Positions 14,345-28,534 of a stretch of 64,000 nt of DNA are shown piece after piece. The position numbers were made by a program, and so were the translations under genes. Within the stretch, counting starts at the first letter, position 1; every line of letters begins with the position of its first letter. Location: NCBI GenBank assembly GCA_028534125.1, contig CM052816.1, positions 36,954,001 to 37,018,000 on the forward strand, read 5' to 3'. Under the pieces are notes generated by a model that made no database searches, had not been told where the DNA came from, and worked only from the letters and a program-made list of their open reading frames with translations. This stretch comes from Lama glama (lineage: Eukaryota).

Positions 14345-14778
14345 TATTGCTGAAAGAGAACTATATAACAATACCACCTCAAAATTCAGTGGCTTAAACA
14401 AAAAGTATTGAAAGCTTTGCTCACAGCTGTGTAGGCTTACTAGGCCATGTTTCTAGTTTGTTCTTACCCACACATCTGCAGGTTAGCAATGAACTTTGCT
14501 GATCTTCTCCATGCTCTTTCCTGTTTCTGGAGTTTCAGCTAAGACAACTAGATTGACTTTGACCTCTCCAGCAGTGTAGGTAGGAGTCAAAGAGAAGTAA
14601 AAAAGTAGTGAGGTCGTTAGACCCAATAATCACTTTGCCATACTCTATTGACCAAAGTAAGTCAAAAGTCTATCATAGAACCATTGTGTAGAGAAATAGA
14701 TTCCTCTTGTAGACTCAGTTCAGTCACAGATAGTAAGAGGTATGAAGAACTGGATTATGTTTTCAATATATCTACCAC
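14345..14778 (-). mobile_element. MaLR solo LTR (MLT1 family)
   Basis: 'taacaataccacctcaaaattcagtggcttaaaca', 'cactttgccatactctattgaccaaagtaagtc', ending 'ctaccaca'. Confidence 0.8.
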
Positions 14779-15260
14779 AAGGAATCCAACGTATACTTTA
14801 CCTGATTTAAAAATGTCTCCTACAAGTGTTCAGTTCTTGTTTATAAACTTTACAGTTCAGTATTCAGTTTTCAGTAGGCTGTGAAGTTACTTAAAATTAA
14901 TTCCATTTATCTCAATGAAAAAGTTTAACTAGGCTTTGAGAGTGGCCAAGAGCAGCTCACCTCCCCTCAGGAGCACGCCAACATCACAACTAACTGCAGA
15001 ACAACCATCAATGAAACACATTGGAACCTACCAGAAAAGATCTTCTACAACTAAAGACATAAAGAAGGAAATGCAGTGAAACAAGTAGGAGGGGCAGACT
15101 CACAATATAATCACATCTCATACTCTTAAGAGTGGTGACCCACTAGCTGGAGAATAGTTATGTTGCAGAGGTCTTACTGTAGGAGTGAGAGTTCTGAGCC
15201 CATATCAGGCTCCCCCGCCCAGGAGTCTGGCACCAGGAAGGGGAGTCCCTAGAGCATTTG

Positions 15261-15950
15261 AAGAATACAATAACTGGAAATAAAAATGAACTAGAAGGAA
15301 TCAATGGTAGATTAAATGATGCAGAAGAACAGATTGTGAGCTGGAAGACAGAGTACTGGAAATCACCACCACCAAACAGAAAAAAGAGAAAAGAATGAAA
15401 AGAAATGAGGACAGTTTAAGAGACATCTGGGACAGCATCAAGTGTAGTAATATTTGCATCATATGAGTCCCAGAAGGAGAAGAGAAGGAGAAAGGGATTG
15501 TGAAAATATTTGAAGAGTTAATAACTAAAAACTTCCCTAACCTGAAAAAGGAAACAGTCACTCAAGTCCAGGAAGCACAGACAGTCCCATACAGGATTAA
15601 CACAAAGATGAATAAACCAAGACACATTGCAATCAAAATGACAAAAATTAAAGATAAAGAGAGATTATTAAAAACAAGGGAAAAACAACAAATTTTATAT
15701 AAAGGAACTCCCTAAGACTATGAGCTGATTTTTCAATAGAAACTCTGCAAGCCAGAAGGTAGTTGCATAATATGTTAAAAGTGATGAAAGGGAAAAATCT
15801 ACAACCAAGAATACTCTACCCAGCAAGACTCTAATTCAGATTTGATGGAGAAGTCAAAAGCTTCCCAGACAAGCAAAAGCTAAAAGAATTCAGCACCACC
15901 AAACAGCAAATGCTAAAGGGATTTATTGAAGAGGAAAAGAAAAGACCACT
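15261..15950 (+). pseudogene. L1 ORF1p remnant (N-terminus missing; stops and frameshifts)
   Basis: ORF track 15500-15715 'KIFEELITKNFPNLKKE..QVQEAQTVP..KPRHIAIKMTKIKDKERLLK' is L1 ORF1 RRM/C-terminal domain sequence. Confidence 0.93.
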
Positions 15951-16407
15951 AGAAACAAGGAAGTGAAAAAATAGAAAAGCTCACCAGTAAAGGCAAACAT
16001 AGATAGAGTAAAGGTAGGGAATCACCTACACACAAAGCTAGTATGGAGGTTAAAAGACAAAAGTAGTAAAATCATCTTTAGCCACAATAAGAAGTGAAGG
16101 GATACATAAAACAATTGAATGTAAAATATGATATCAAAAGCAATAATTGTGAGGGAAGGAGAGTACATATGCAAGGTATCTAAAATGCATTTGAATTAAG
16201 AGATCATCAATTTAAATATATATATATATAGCTATACAAAAACCTTATGGTAACCACAAACCAAAAATCTATAATAGATATACACACACAAAAAAGAGCA
16301 AAGGAATTCAAACACAACACTAAAGGTAGTCATCAAATCATAAGAGAAGAGAAAACAAGAATAAAGAAGAAGAAAAGACCTATAAAAAATACAAAACAAT
16401 TTAAAAA

Positions 16408-17755
16408 ATGACCATAAGAACACATATATCAATAATTACCTTAAATGTAAACAGACTAAGTGCTCCAACCAAAAGACACAGGCTGGCTGAATGGATACAA
16501 AAACAAGACCCGTATATATGCTGCCTACAATAGACTCACTTCAGATCTAGCAACACATACACACTGAACATGGAAAAAAGGTATTCCATGCAAATGGAAA
16601 TCAAAAGAAGTAGGGTAGCAATACTTAATGCCAGACAAAAATTGACTTTAAAATAAAGACTATTCCAAGAGATAAAGAAGGAAACTACGTAATGATCAAG
16701 GGATCAAACCAAGAACATACAACAGTTGTAAATATATATGCATCCAACATAGGAGCACTTCAATATATAAGGCAAATGTTAACAGACATAAAGGAGAAAC
16801 TAATACAATAATAATGGGAGACTTCAACACCCTCCTTATGTCATTGGACAGATCATCCAGACAGAAAATCAATAAGGAAACACAAGCCTTAAATGACACA
16901 TTAGACCAGATAAGCTTAATTGACATTTACAGAGCATTCCATCCAAAAGCCATAGAATACACATTCATTTCAAGTGCACACAGAATATTCTCCAGGATAG
17001 ATGACATGCCAGGTCACAAAGCAACCCCCAATAAATTAAAAAAAATTGAAATCATACCAAGCATCTTTTTCAAACACAAAGTGATGAGGCTAAAAATCAA
17101 CTACAAGAAAAAAAAAACTGCAAAAAACAGAAACACATGGAGTCTAAACAATATGCTACTAAACAACCATTGATCACTGAAGAATCCAAAAAGGAAAAAA
17201 AAAAAAAAAACCCTAGAGACAAATGAAAATGAAAGCATGACTATCTCAAGCCTATGGGACACAACAAAAGCCATTCTAAGAGGAAGGTTTACAGTGACAC
17301 AAGCTTAACTCAGGAAACAAGAAAAATCTCAAATAAGCAACCTAAACTTATACTTAAAGCACCTAGAGAAAGAAGAACAAACAAAACCCAATAAAATGGA
17401 CACCATAGAAGAAATGGCAAATTCTTAAAAAGGTATCCCAAGACTGAACCAGGAGGAAGTGAAAAATATGAACAGACCAATTACCAGTACTGAAAATGAA
17501 TCAGTAATTTAAAAAATTCCAACAAACGAAAGTCTAGGACCAGATGGCTTCACAGGGGAATTCTACCAAACATTTAGAGAAGATTTAACACTTATCCTTT
17601 TGAAATGATTCCAAAAAATCACAGAAGAAGAAACAGTTCCAAACCCATTCTACAAGACTACCATTACCATGAAACCAAAACCAGACAAACAAATATAAAA
17701 AAAAAGAAAGGATGGAAGGAAGGAAGGAAGGAAGGAAGAAAGAAAGAAAGAAGGA

Positions 17756-17815
<60 letters not shown>

Positions 17816-20065
17816 AGGAAAGAAGGAAAGAAAGAAAGAAAGAAAGAAGAAAATCACAGGCCAATATCAATGATGAACATGGAAGCAAAATCCTCAACAA
17901 AATACTAGCAAACTGAATTCAAAAATACATCAAAATGATTATACAACGTGATTGAGTGGGATTTATCCTAGCGATGCAACAATTTTTCAATATCCTCAAA
18001 TCAATCTATGTGATACACCTCACTAATAAATTGAAGAATAAAAATCATATGATCATCTCAATAGATGCAGAAAAGTCTTTTGATAAAATTCAACATTCAT
18101 TTATGGTAACAACTTTTCAGAAAGCGTGCATAGAGGGAACATACCTTAACCTAATAAAGAAGATACATGACAAACCCACAGCTAACAGCATACTCAATGG
18201 AAAAAAGCTGAAAGCATTCTCTCAGATAAGGAACAAGGCAAGGATGCTCAGTCTTGCCACTTTTATTCAACATAATTTTGGAGTTCCTAGCCACAGGAAT
18301 CAGAAGAAAATGAAACAAACTGAATCCAAATTGGAAAAGAAGATGTAAGACTGTCACTGTTTACAAATGGCATGATACTATGCATAGAAAATCCTAAAGG
18401 CACTACCAGAAAATTACTAGAGCTCATCAGCAAATTTGGTAATGTTGCAGGATACAAAACTAATAGACAGAAACCTGTTATATTTCATACACTAACAACA
18501 GAGTATCAGAAAGAGAAATTAAGGAAACAATCCTTTTTACCATTGCATCAAAAAGAATAAAATACCTAGAAATAAACCTACCTAAGGAGGCAAAAGAACT
18601 ATGTTCTAAAAACTGTAAGATGTTGATGAAAGAAATTAAAGACAATACTAACAGATGGAAAGATAAATTATGTTCTTAGATTGGAAGAAACAATATTGTT
18701 AAAATGAGCACACTACCCAGGCAACCTATAGATTCAATGCAATCCCTATAAAATGCCAATGGCATTTTTCACAGAACTAGAAGAAATAATCTTAAACTTT
18801 ATAAAGAGATACAAAAATCTCCTGAATAACCAAAACAATCTTGACAAAGAACAGAGCTGGAGGAACCATGCTTCCTGGATTCAGACTATACTACAAAGCT
18901 ACAGTAATCAAAATGGTATGGTATTGGCACAAACCAGCCACATAGATCAATGGAACAGGATAAAGAGGCCAGAAATAAAGCCACACACTTATGGTCAATT
19001 AATCTGTGTCAAAAGAGGCAAGAATATACAATGGAGAAAAGACAGTCTCTTCAGTAAGTGCTGCTGGGAAAACTGGACAGCTACATGTGAAAGAATGAAA
19101 TTAGAACATTCTCTAACACTGTATACAAATATAAACTCAAAATGGATTAAAGACCTAAATGTAAGATCTGTTACTCTAAAAAACTCCTTGAGGAAAACAT
19201 AGACAGAACACACTTTGACATAAATCACAGCAATATGTTTTTGAATATGTCCCCCTAAAGTAAGGGAAATAAAAATAAAAATAAACAAATGGGATGTAAT
19301 GAAACTTAAAAGCTTTTGCACAGCAAAGGGAGCCATAAAAAAAATGAAAAGACTACTGATGGAATGGGAAAAAGTATTTGCAAACGATGTGGCTGACAAT
19401 GGTTAATTTCTAAAATATACAAACAGCTCATACAACTTAAAATCACAAAAACAAACAACTCAATTAAAAATGCACAGAAGACCTAAATAGATATTTCTCC
19501 AAAGAAGATATACAGATGGCCAGAAGGCATATGAAGAGAATCTCAACATCTCTCATAATCATAGAAATGCAACTCAGAACTACCATGAGGTATCACCTCA
19601 CACTGGTCAGAATGGCCATCATTAAAAAGTTTATAAATAATAAGTGCTGGAGAGGGTGTGGAGAAAAGGGAACCCTCCTACACTATTGGTGGGAATGTAA
19701 ATTGGTGAAGCTACTATGGAGAACAGTATAGATGCTCCTTAAAAATTTATAAACAGAGTCACCAAGGAATGTGACTTAGCAATCACATTCCTTGGCACAT
19801 ATCCAGAGAAAATTTTAATTCAAAAAGATAAATGCACCCTGATGTTTATAGCAGCAATATTTACAATAGCCAAGACATGGAAGCAACCTAAATGTCCATT
19901 GAAAGATGACTGGATAAAGAAGAAATGGAATATTCCTCAACCACAGAAAAAAAGGAAATAATGCCATTTGCAGCAACATGGATGGACATAGAGATTATCA
20001 TACTAAGTGAAGTTTAAGTCAGACAAAGGCAAATATCATATGATATTTCTTATATGAAAATCTAA
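16408..20065 (+). pseudogene. L1 ORF2p remnant (endonuclease and reverse transcriptase), disrupted
   Basis: ATG at 16408 followed by 'ISIITLNVN', then 'GDFNTLL', '[17 protein letters not shown]' and '[21 protein letters not shown]'. The RT catalytic FADD motif reads FTNG (18360-18371). There are many stops and frameshifts. Confidence 0.95.
17698..17853 (+). repeat. Compound (GGAA)n/(GAAA)n microsatellite inside L1 ORF2
   Basis: Seen directly, between 'accagacaaa' and 'cacaggccaatatc'. Confidence 0.97.
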
Positions 20066-23000
20066 AAAAATAATACAAATGAACTTATTTTCAAAACAGA
20101 AATAGCTCACAAACATAGAAAAAAAGTTATGGTTACCAAAAAGAAGAGGTGGGGAGGGATAAATTAGGAATTTGAGGTAAACATATACACACTACTATAT
20201 ATAAAATAGATAAACAACAAGGACCTACTGTATAGCACAGTGATCTATATTTAATGTCTTATAACCTATAATGGAAAAGAATATGAAAAAGACTATATAT
20301 ACGAATCATTTTGCTGTACACCTGAAACTAACACAGCATATAACTATACTTCAACTATACTTCAATAAAATAAAAAGTTCAGCTTAAGTTTTCTATTATC
20401 ATTCTCAAAAATAGAATGTTTATATGCTAATGTCACGAGGTGAGCAACATTAAAGTTACATCTCTGAATTTCAAATCTAACTGTATAACAACTGGTGTCC
20501 TAAAACAGTAAGCTCAGGCACTTGCTGTTATGTTCTAAGAATCCTTCTTCTAAACACACATCAGTGTAGCAAAACATTCTTTTTAATTAACAGAATGCCA
20601 GGTCCGTATGTTACCCACTTCCTCATTGAAACTCCTGTTGACATCAACAGGAATATCTTACGCAGCATATCGTCTTAATAGGTAACTATTTTTATTTGGA
20701 ATAGTTATTTTATTTTAACTCCCAAACAATAGAGTCCTTTTAGCTATAAATTTGCCTTTTCCTTTAGTTATCACTCTTTTAGGGGGTCTCAAGTTTATTA
20801 GCCAAAACATTATAAGAAATTTTAAAAGTCCATTAATTTAGACAGAAGATAGTTCTGCAATGCTGATACATATTAAAATAAAATATTAAGCAAAAGTAAT
20901 ACTTGCTAAACTTTTGTATTAATTTCAAAGGAAAAAAATTACCTGTAATTAAAGTTTTGTTATTCTATTTTTATATATGTTTGATATATGAAGGGAAAAA
21001 CATAGCTGAATAAATGTTCTCAAGTTTTTTTATAAAATTAAAATGGACAAATATTTATATCAACAATAATTTGTGATTTATTTTACCAAAATAAGTTTTA
21101 GTGGGCTAATGCAATCCAAGATCACAAACAACAGAGTCTGACAAAAATACGTATTAGTTTAAACTCTGAAATAAAATGAGTTGGGTAACGGTTATGTTTT
21201 TCTCACCAAAGCCACAGTTTTCTTACCCATAATACAGGAATCATAATAGTTCCAAATGTAGATGACATGAGGATTAAATGACTTCGTATACAGAAAGGGT
21301 TTTGTGTAGAAACTGACAAAATTATAATTCATTGATAAGAAAATATATCCTAGGTAAACTGAAGCTTTTGTACTTATTTTTGTCATTATTGATGCTAACC
21401 TTCTCATTCACTTTTTACTTTCTGCTTCATCTTTTCCTCCTCCTTCTCAGTGTTAATATTAATATTAGAAAATGTGATTACTACAGATGTAACAAAACTA
21501 AGTTGGTTCACTGCTTATTATTTTAAAATCTTTCTCTTCAACGGATAAGCATTAATATATATGATTACAGATCTAGTTAGCATTGCATTTGGTAACTCAA
21601 GATGTTTTATTCTTACTTTCCTTCATTTTGTGAATCTTGCATATGAAATAAACCATAGGAATCCAGTCACTTCAGAAAATCACATTAATAACCTAGCAAG
21701 AAATTAACTATCACTTTTGCAAATTGCAAGAGTCCTTTAGTGAGGTGGGAAATTAAGATGACATTTAAGGCTGACTTCCTATTAAGTTTTCTTCAGTAAA
21801 ATATTGGATTGCTAGAAACTAAGTAATATGTGGTTCATGATAATAGAGAGGGCAGCAAGTGAGTTAATTAAATGTGTAGAGTAACTTTTCTTTCTTCAGA
21901 GAAATTTATATAAAAGAAATATAAAAAATAATTTTGTTAAATATATTTTTACATTTGCCTTAAAATGATATATTTGTTTAAATCGTATTTTTTTAAACTA
22001 TCACAAGTGAAATGCCTCAGAATAATTTAGGGACAAAAAGGACTTTCATTATCAGTGATTGTCAGTTTTCCTTCTCAACATACATAATAGAAAAGAAAAT
22101 GAAGATAAATTCTATACCTCAAGCTTTGTGGAAACAAATATTCATAAATATATAATATCTTTATTGACTGAATACAGATATGTAGATAAATACTAGTCAT
22201 CCAGCTTAGAAAGAAATTTGACTCATAAAAATATTTTAAAACTTCTGTTATAATATGATTATTAGCATATTTAGAGTTCGGTTGGAATTTGAGTTTAGGT
22301 AATTGGCTTTTTAAGTCTAGTATGGAAGTACACTTAATAGTAGTTTATCATTCTTGTTTTATGACTGTATGCCAATTGGCAATTTATTTCTTACCAACTG
22401 GCAAGTTTGAATGTCACATTAATATTTTGAATCAATTGTGCCGTGGTATATGTTTATGAGCATTTGAACAAGAATGTGAACAGTGATGGAAGGGATAAGT
22501 ATACTATGTGCCAGTTTTGAATTCAGTTAAATGGATGTGAAGTACAGTGATTTAAGACACACATCCTATCAGTACTTTCTCTGCATGCCTAATGAATTGC
22601 GAGAGTCATTTGCATTAGTCTCATAGCACAAAAATATCTGGGAAAACAAAAGTTTCTTTCTCTTTCCAAAAATCACCAATATTTTAAATAGTAGATGTTA
22701 TTTCTATATCACATTGTGAATTTCTCCTCTGGAAGAGTGTAGTCAAGACCTCTAGGGGTTCTTTTATATACACTGTGGTTTTCTTTTTTCTTTACTTTTT
22801 TTTTTTTTAGCTATGACTAAAAGGATTTAAAAATAAATGTCAAGACTTTTGTGTGTTTATTATGAAGATTTAAAGTATATAGCTGTATATTTATACACCA
22901 CATAATTACAGATCCCCTCCTACAGCTAATCATGCATGCATATCCATTACACTCAAAGCTTCTGTTCCTTAATCAAGCATTCTGTGATTATGCAAATGTG

Positions 23001-26000
23001 AAAGATAATGAGGTACACCCTATAACAGATAGCAAATCAGTGTTGTTAAGTAAGTCCTGAAAAAGGAGAAAATTGACTCTTTGGTCCTGAAAATCTTAGG
23101 GAACTTTCATAATTAGTGAATTAGTCACATAGAGGAAAGTGCCACATTTTCATATATTGTATTAGTTTTCTCCTTGCATTTATTTAATTATTTTCTTTCC
23201 CCCTGTTAGTGACTGAATCTTCTCTAAATTTCTAGTCACATCTAGCAATCAGAAAAATTTTGAAGTAGATAAAAGAGCATTTTCCAAAAACACACTTATC
23301 ATGAGTATTGCCTATTGCTAGTTCAGAATTTGTTTTAAAGATTTACTTTGCATGGATTATTTACCTAATGAAAACTGTGATACTTTCAAGAATCAATGGT
23401 AGAATTTTAGGTTTTGGTGTTTTCTCAGCCAGGATATATTTGACAGCAGAATATTTGCAAACTTTGAGTAAGTAGCTGCCTATTTCATAATTCGCTATTT
23501 CTTATACTGCTGTTGATCCCTTCTGTTTAATTTTGTTTTAATCATTGCAATGGGCCACACAATGTTCATATGCAAGTGTAAGCACATTTTTATTGCAAGC
23601 GTTCATTCTTTCCTTTCAGAAAAGAATTTGTGACTTAGTAGGGGTTGGAACAAAATGCTAATGTGTTGTATTATCCAGATATTTCTGTTAATGGGTGATT
23701 GTTAAGGATGTGTTAGTAAATAATTTATCTTGAGAAAACCAGGACTGCTTCATAACATGAAAATTATTTTCTGTAAAAATATAAGAGTGATTGCAGATTA
23801 TTTTAGGAGCCTAATAAGTGCTCAACAATTTAGTATGATTTATAATGAGTAATAGCCCTTCCCATTCTAGGATATTTTGTCTAGCTGTATGTGATGGAAA
23901 CTGAAATGTTAATCACTCTTTCAATTAGCATGTCAGTAGATAGACCCAATGAGCAAGCTAAGCTTACAGTTCCTAATAGTTGTGAATACAATATAAACAT
24001 TTGACTTCATTACATATATATTTAAAACAAACAAAAAAACAATACTCTTATTTTCCTTCAAAATGATAAGTGAGATAGTGATTTTGCTCTTAAAAGGTGG
24101 GGAGTATGGAACTAAACCTGCAGCTATCCATGGGGAAATCAACATTTCAAAAGATAAAATCAGATTGTCTCAAAAGTCTGTCTCAGTGGCTTGAAGATGA
24201 TTATTTGAAAAAGTTTTAGAAAAAAATTGTGTGTGTTTTAATGTGAGAGGCATATTTGTTTAGATGAAATAAGAAGTCAGAAGTATAAGAACAATATCCA
24301 AGTTGTGGTTCTTATTTGTTAAGTTGCATTTTTTCAAATATGTTTCACCTTAGTGATTACTTGCATCAAATACTTATATTTGAAGAACTCCACAGTGTTT
24401 TACTTTTCTAAAGTTCTCATTCATTTTCTCTCTTTACAACAGAATCTGTATGTCTTTGTTATTAGAAAGTAATGTCTTGTAGTCTTTTTGATCAATCTTA
24501 CAATGTTCCATTAAATTTTATCCTGGAATAATATTTGAAGATTTTTAATCAATATATTTTAATTTCTCTAAATGTTTCTTGCCATTAAACAAATGATATT
24601 TCCCTCATGTTGGGGAGGTAGTGGATAGAATCTAGAGTAAAAAAGTCAATTAAAGAGATGAAAAGATGTTCTAGCTTATAGTAGTTATTCTGATTTGAAA
24701 TCAAACTCTTTTGAGATGATCACTTCTTACAGACATAGCTGTATTAAATCTCCAAAGGCTCAATTTGAAATACTTAGCTAAGCTCTATAATTTTAGCTGG
24801 AGTCTAGATTATTTGAGAATAGATTTAATGAGAGTAAATTGTAGTATAGGTTAAGCCTGGGGCATGAGGGCCATGGCCACATAAATTCTAGATATGTTGA
24901 AAGGAAATTCAATATCAGACGTCTTGTTCTCTCCCATTTAGAGACCTGGCAGGAGACCATGTCACATGAAAATGGGAACCCACAGGTTACATCTTGCATT
25001 TTTATAAATATAAACTCAAAACAGCCTAAGTTTTTAAACAGAAATAGAGTTCACATTTGCTGGGAAAGATTATTATAAAATGGCAAATTTTAATAGTTTA
25101 TTGTACAAGTATTTATTGAGCTGCTACCATATTATGTAGAAATAAGGTAATGTCCCTGCTCTCACAGAATTTACTCCTAGTGAGAAAGGAGGGTTAAGAT
25201 TAAGAATTTTCAGATATCAGCAGAATTAGGGTTTCTTAGTTAAATTGAATTTGTTACAGAATATAATGTTATATTTATTTACATCTGAGTTGTGAATACA
25301 TATAGAATGTAAATATAGAACTTAGACTTTTAGGCAGAGTACAGCTGTTTTAATACTTTATAAAACCTTTAAACTTCAGAGATTTAAACAAAGGCTCAAA
25401 AGCACAAACAAGTATGCTTTAAAAAGAGTCACTATTAATGTTATTTTGTCAGAATCAACCGTTTTTTCATCAACAGCAGTGGTTTTCACTACCCCTGGTT
25501 GTTTCTGCATTTGTCTGGAGGTATCAAGAGCAATTATGTTCTGTTGAAACTTAAGAAAGCATTCCTGTGTTTAACAAAGAAAAAGAGAAGACTCTATAGA
25601 TAATAGTAAGATAGAAAGACAGATAGGCAGACATACATCCTGTAACATCTCTGAAAAACCAAATTCAACATTTATCTATTTAATTGGTAATAACTCTTAA
25701 AGTCCCCAGCATCTTGTAGATGCTCATTTTATTTTTAAACATATTAAGCTATTCATCAACAGTTATTTGTACTTTAGTGTAGCTAGGTTTATAATACTTG
25801 CTTATTTATTGACTTATGTGTACGTAGGCTTTCATTTTATATGCATTTTCCCTGAAGAAATTTAACTGAAGTTAGGTAAATTACCATTGTTCTATAGAAC
25901 AGGAAAAGGTCCTGTTGGTCAGTAACACTATACTCATGGGTTCCTAGAGTCAGGTCCCTGTTCTGTTAAAGAGAACAATGAGATCATTAGACTTTACACA

Positions 26001-26794
26001 GAAATCCAGAAACGGAAGAGAGACACTGAGAAAGTGGGGGGAATACCAGACACATTTTCCTCTATTTTGCAATTTTGCCCAAGGCTTGCTTTGTTTTCTG
26101 GTTATGATTTATGACTATGGGAGATCCCTGAGCACTTACATGATTTCACATTATCATCTCTTTGCTTTCTGGAAAGATTTAAGCACATTTAAACAGCTGA
26201 CACTGACACAAAGTTTTGTTTAGCATGGAAGTGCTCCAGGAATTTCAGCTTATACTTAGGAGACTACTTTGTCACCTAATGGTATGGTACATGACACTTC
26301 CGTGAAGAAATTTACAGTATTTAACCATCTGCAAATATGTATAAATAACAGGGGGAGTGAAGACACAGACCGATGTTTTAGTTGCCCTTTTCTTCCTTAG
26401 ACTAAGTGTAAGAAGTTTGTTTTCCCAGTCGCTACCACACAGAAATCCACTGCTGCCAAATGACAACACTGTCACCTACACAGTGTTCCTCACAGATTTA
26501 GTTTTGTTATAAATGGAGCCAAGGCAGGAAATGCTTATTCCAACTAGGTCCTGCCCACCTCCAAGAAGAATATTTGTATCAAATGCAGACATTCTTTTTT
26601 AAAAAGAAAAGACATCACCATAAAAAACAGAGTGCCTTGAGCAACTTAGCCCTAAATAGGAGGAATAGTTGTGAGAGAAGTTGCCAAGGAAAGATTTTTT
26701 TTCCCCCATGAGTAAGTGATTGTATGTGAAGAGGAACCAGGAAACAGAGCTGATAACTAGTGAAAGAGCTAGGTAAGCCAAATACCTCAATAAA

Positions 26795-27850
26795 CTTACT
26801 TTAAAAAGCATGTGAAGAAGATGAAAAGACAAGCTACATTCCAGGGGAAAATATTTATGAACTACATACCTGACATTGGATTATATATTTATAATACACA
26901 AAAGCACTCTCAAAATTAAACAGTAAAAATAAATGAATAAAAATACAATTTAGAAATGGACAAAAGACAGGCATTTCACTGAAGAAGATATTCAGCATCA
27001 ATAGCCACCAGGGAAAGAAAAATTTAAAACTACATGAGACATCATTGCATAGTACCAAGAATAACTTAAAAAAATAATGGTAACAGCAAATGCTGGTGAG
27101 AACATAGAGAAATTGGACCACTCATACCTTACTTGTGGGAATGCAAATGGTATAGCCAATTTATAAAATAGTTTTGTCACTTTCTTATAAAACTAAATAT
27201 GCAACTGCTATACAACACAATAGTTGCACTCTTGGGCATTCATTCTAGAGAAAAAAAAATTTTTCACACACAATCCCACACACAAATGTTTGTAACAATT
27301 TTATTAGTAATAGCCAAAAACCAGCATATTCCTAGATGTTCTTCTATAGGTGAATAGTTAAACAAACTGTGTATTTATATGAGTATGTACATAAACAACT
27401 TAACAAAACTCAGCAATAAAAGGGAATAAACTAGATATATGTAACAACTTGGGTGATATTTAGGGAATTATGCTGAGTTAAAAATACCAGTCTCAAAAGA
27501 AATATATAATGTGTGATGCCACTTAGGTAACATTTTTGAAAGGAAAGACATTTAGAAGTAGAGGACAGCTTAGTGACTGCCAGTGTGTAGGAATAGGTGG
27601 CAGAAGCATGCTGGTGAGTAAGGAAGGCAGTAGAAAGGCTCCTTGTGATATGAAATTGTTCAGTATCTTGCCTGAATAACTTTGGTGTAGAACTAAGTAC
27701 ATATACACAAATGAAAACAAGTAAAACTGAGGAAATATGCAGGGGAAACTGGGTAAAGTATACATAGATTCTCTATTTCTTAAAATGCATGTGAATCTAA
27801 AATAGTCTCAATACAAATTTTAACTTAAAAAATCCAAAAACCAAAAAATA
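26795..27850 (+). mobile_element. Old L1 (L1MC/L1MD-like): ORF2 end plus 3' UTR
   Basis: 'gaaaagacaagctac', 'ttcactgaagaagatattcag', 'aaatgctggtgagaacatagagaaattggaccactcatac', ending 'gcatgtgaatctaaaatagtctcaa' and an A-rich tail. Confidence 0.88.
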
Positions 27851-28194
27851 AAATGCATTTTATTGTATTAAAAACCTACTGATTAATTGTATGTAACAAA
27901 TGTTTTATTACATTTCACATACAATTCAAAATATTTGTTAAACCATATGTTCTTCAATTACAGTTCAGTTTGTTTCCTAAGAAGTACCAATCATAATGTC
28001 TCCAGCATAAGAAATGCTCTTCATTTGCATTTGCTCTTGCACACATTGAATTTAGTGAAAAGTATATGCAATTAAGAACTACGAAGTCTAGAGGTATAAA
28101 AATTAATATAAATTCTAAGAAAAAAATTTTGAAAACTACTTTTGGTCACTTTTCAGGTTTTTTACAAATTATATATAATTTTTCTTTTTGGTTA

Positions 28195-28534
28195 TTATAA
28201 TTTTGAAGCATATAGGCCCATTATTTTGTAGAATGCTCCAAATTTTTTTTTGTTGTTGTTGATTCCTCATGATCTGATCCAGGTTATGCAACTTTTGAAG
28301 AATGTCACAGTTGTGATTTTATCTTCTTGGTCTATTTTATTCAGGAGGCCTAAGATGTTGGTTTGACCCAACATTGATAGTTGTCCTTGGCCATTTTGAT
28401 CACTAGCTTCTCCATGAAGTAATTGTAATATATCCCATTATAAATAATAAGTGATTCATGGAAAGATGCTTTCATACAATATTGATAGCTTATTCCTCAT
28501 TAAATTTAACCCCACCCACTCTCCATTGATGGTC
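28195..28534 (-). mobile_element. Old L1 3' UTR fragment (L1MC4/5-like)
   Basis: 'ttattttgtagaatg...gattcctcatgat...caggttatgca', 'aataataagtgattcatggaaagatgcttt'. Confidence 0.65.

Larger units (their letters stand above)
14938..20376 (+). mobile_element. LINE-1 with both termini, internally deleted and inactive
   Basis: 5' UTR start ('caag...agctcacctcccc'), ORF1 and ORF2 remnants, and a 3' UTR ending 'aactatacttcaataaaataaaaa'. Candidate decayed TSD: aaaaagtttaactagg (14918-14933) / aaaaagttcagcttaag (20372-20388). Confidence 0.97.

Noticed and set aside
17585..17916. KERK- and FFLS-repeat 'proteins'
   Set aside because: These are translations of the GAAA microsatellite.
16408..20065. 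L1 ORF2 as an active or domesticated reverse transcriptase
   Set aside because: Multiple stops and frameshifts, a linker deletion, a microsatellite insertion and loss of the catalytic aspartates (FADD to FTNG).
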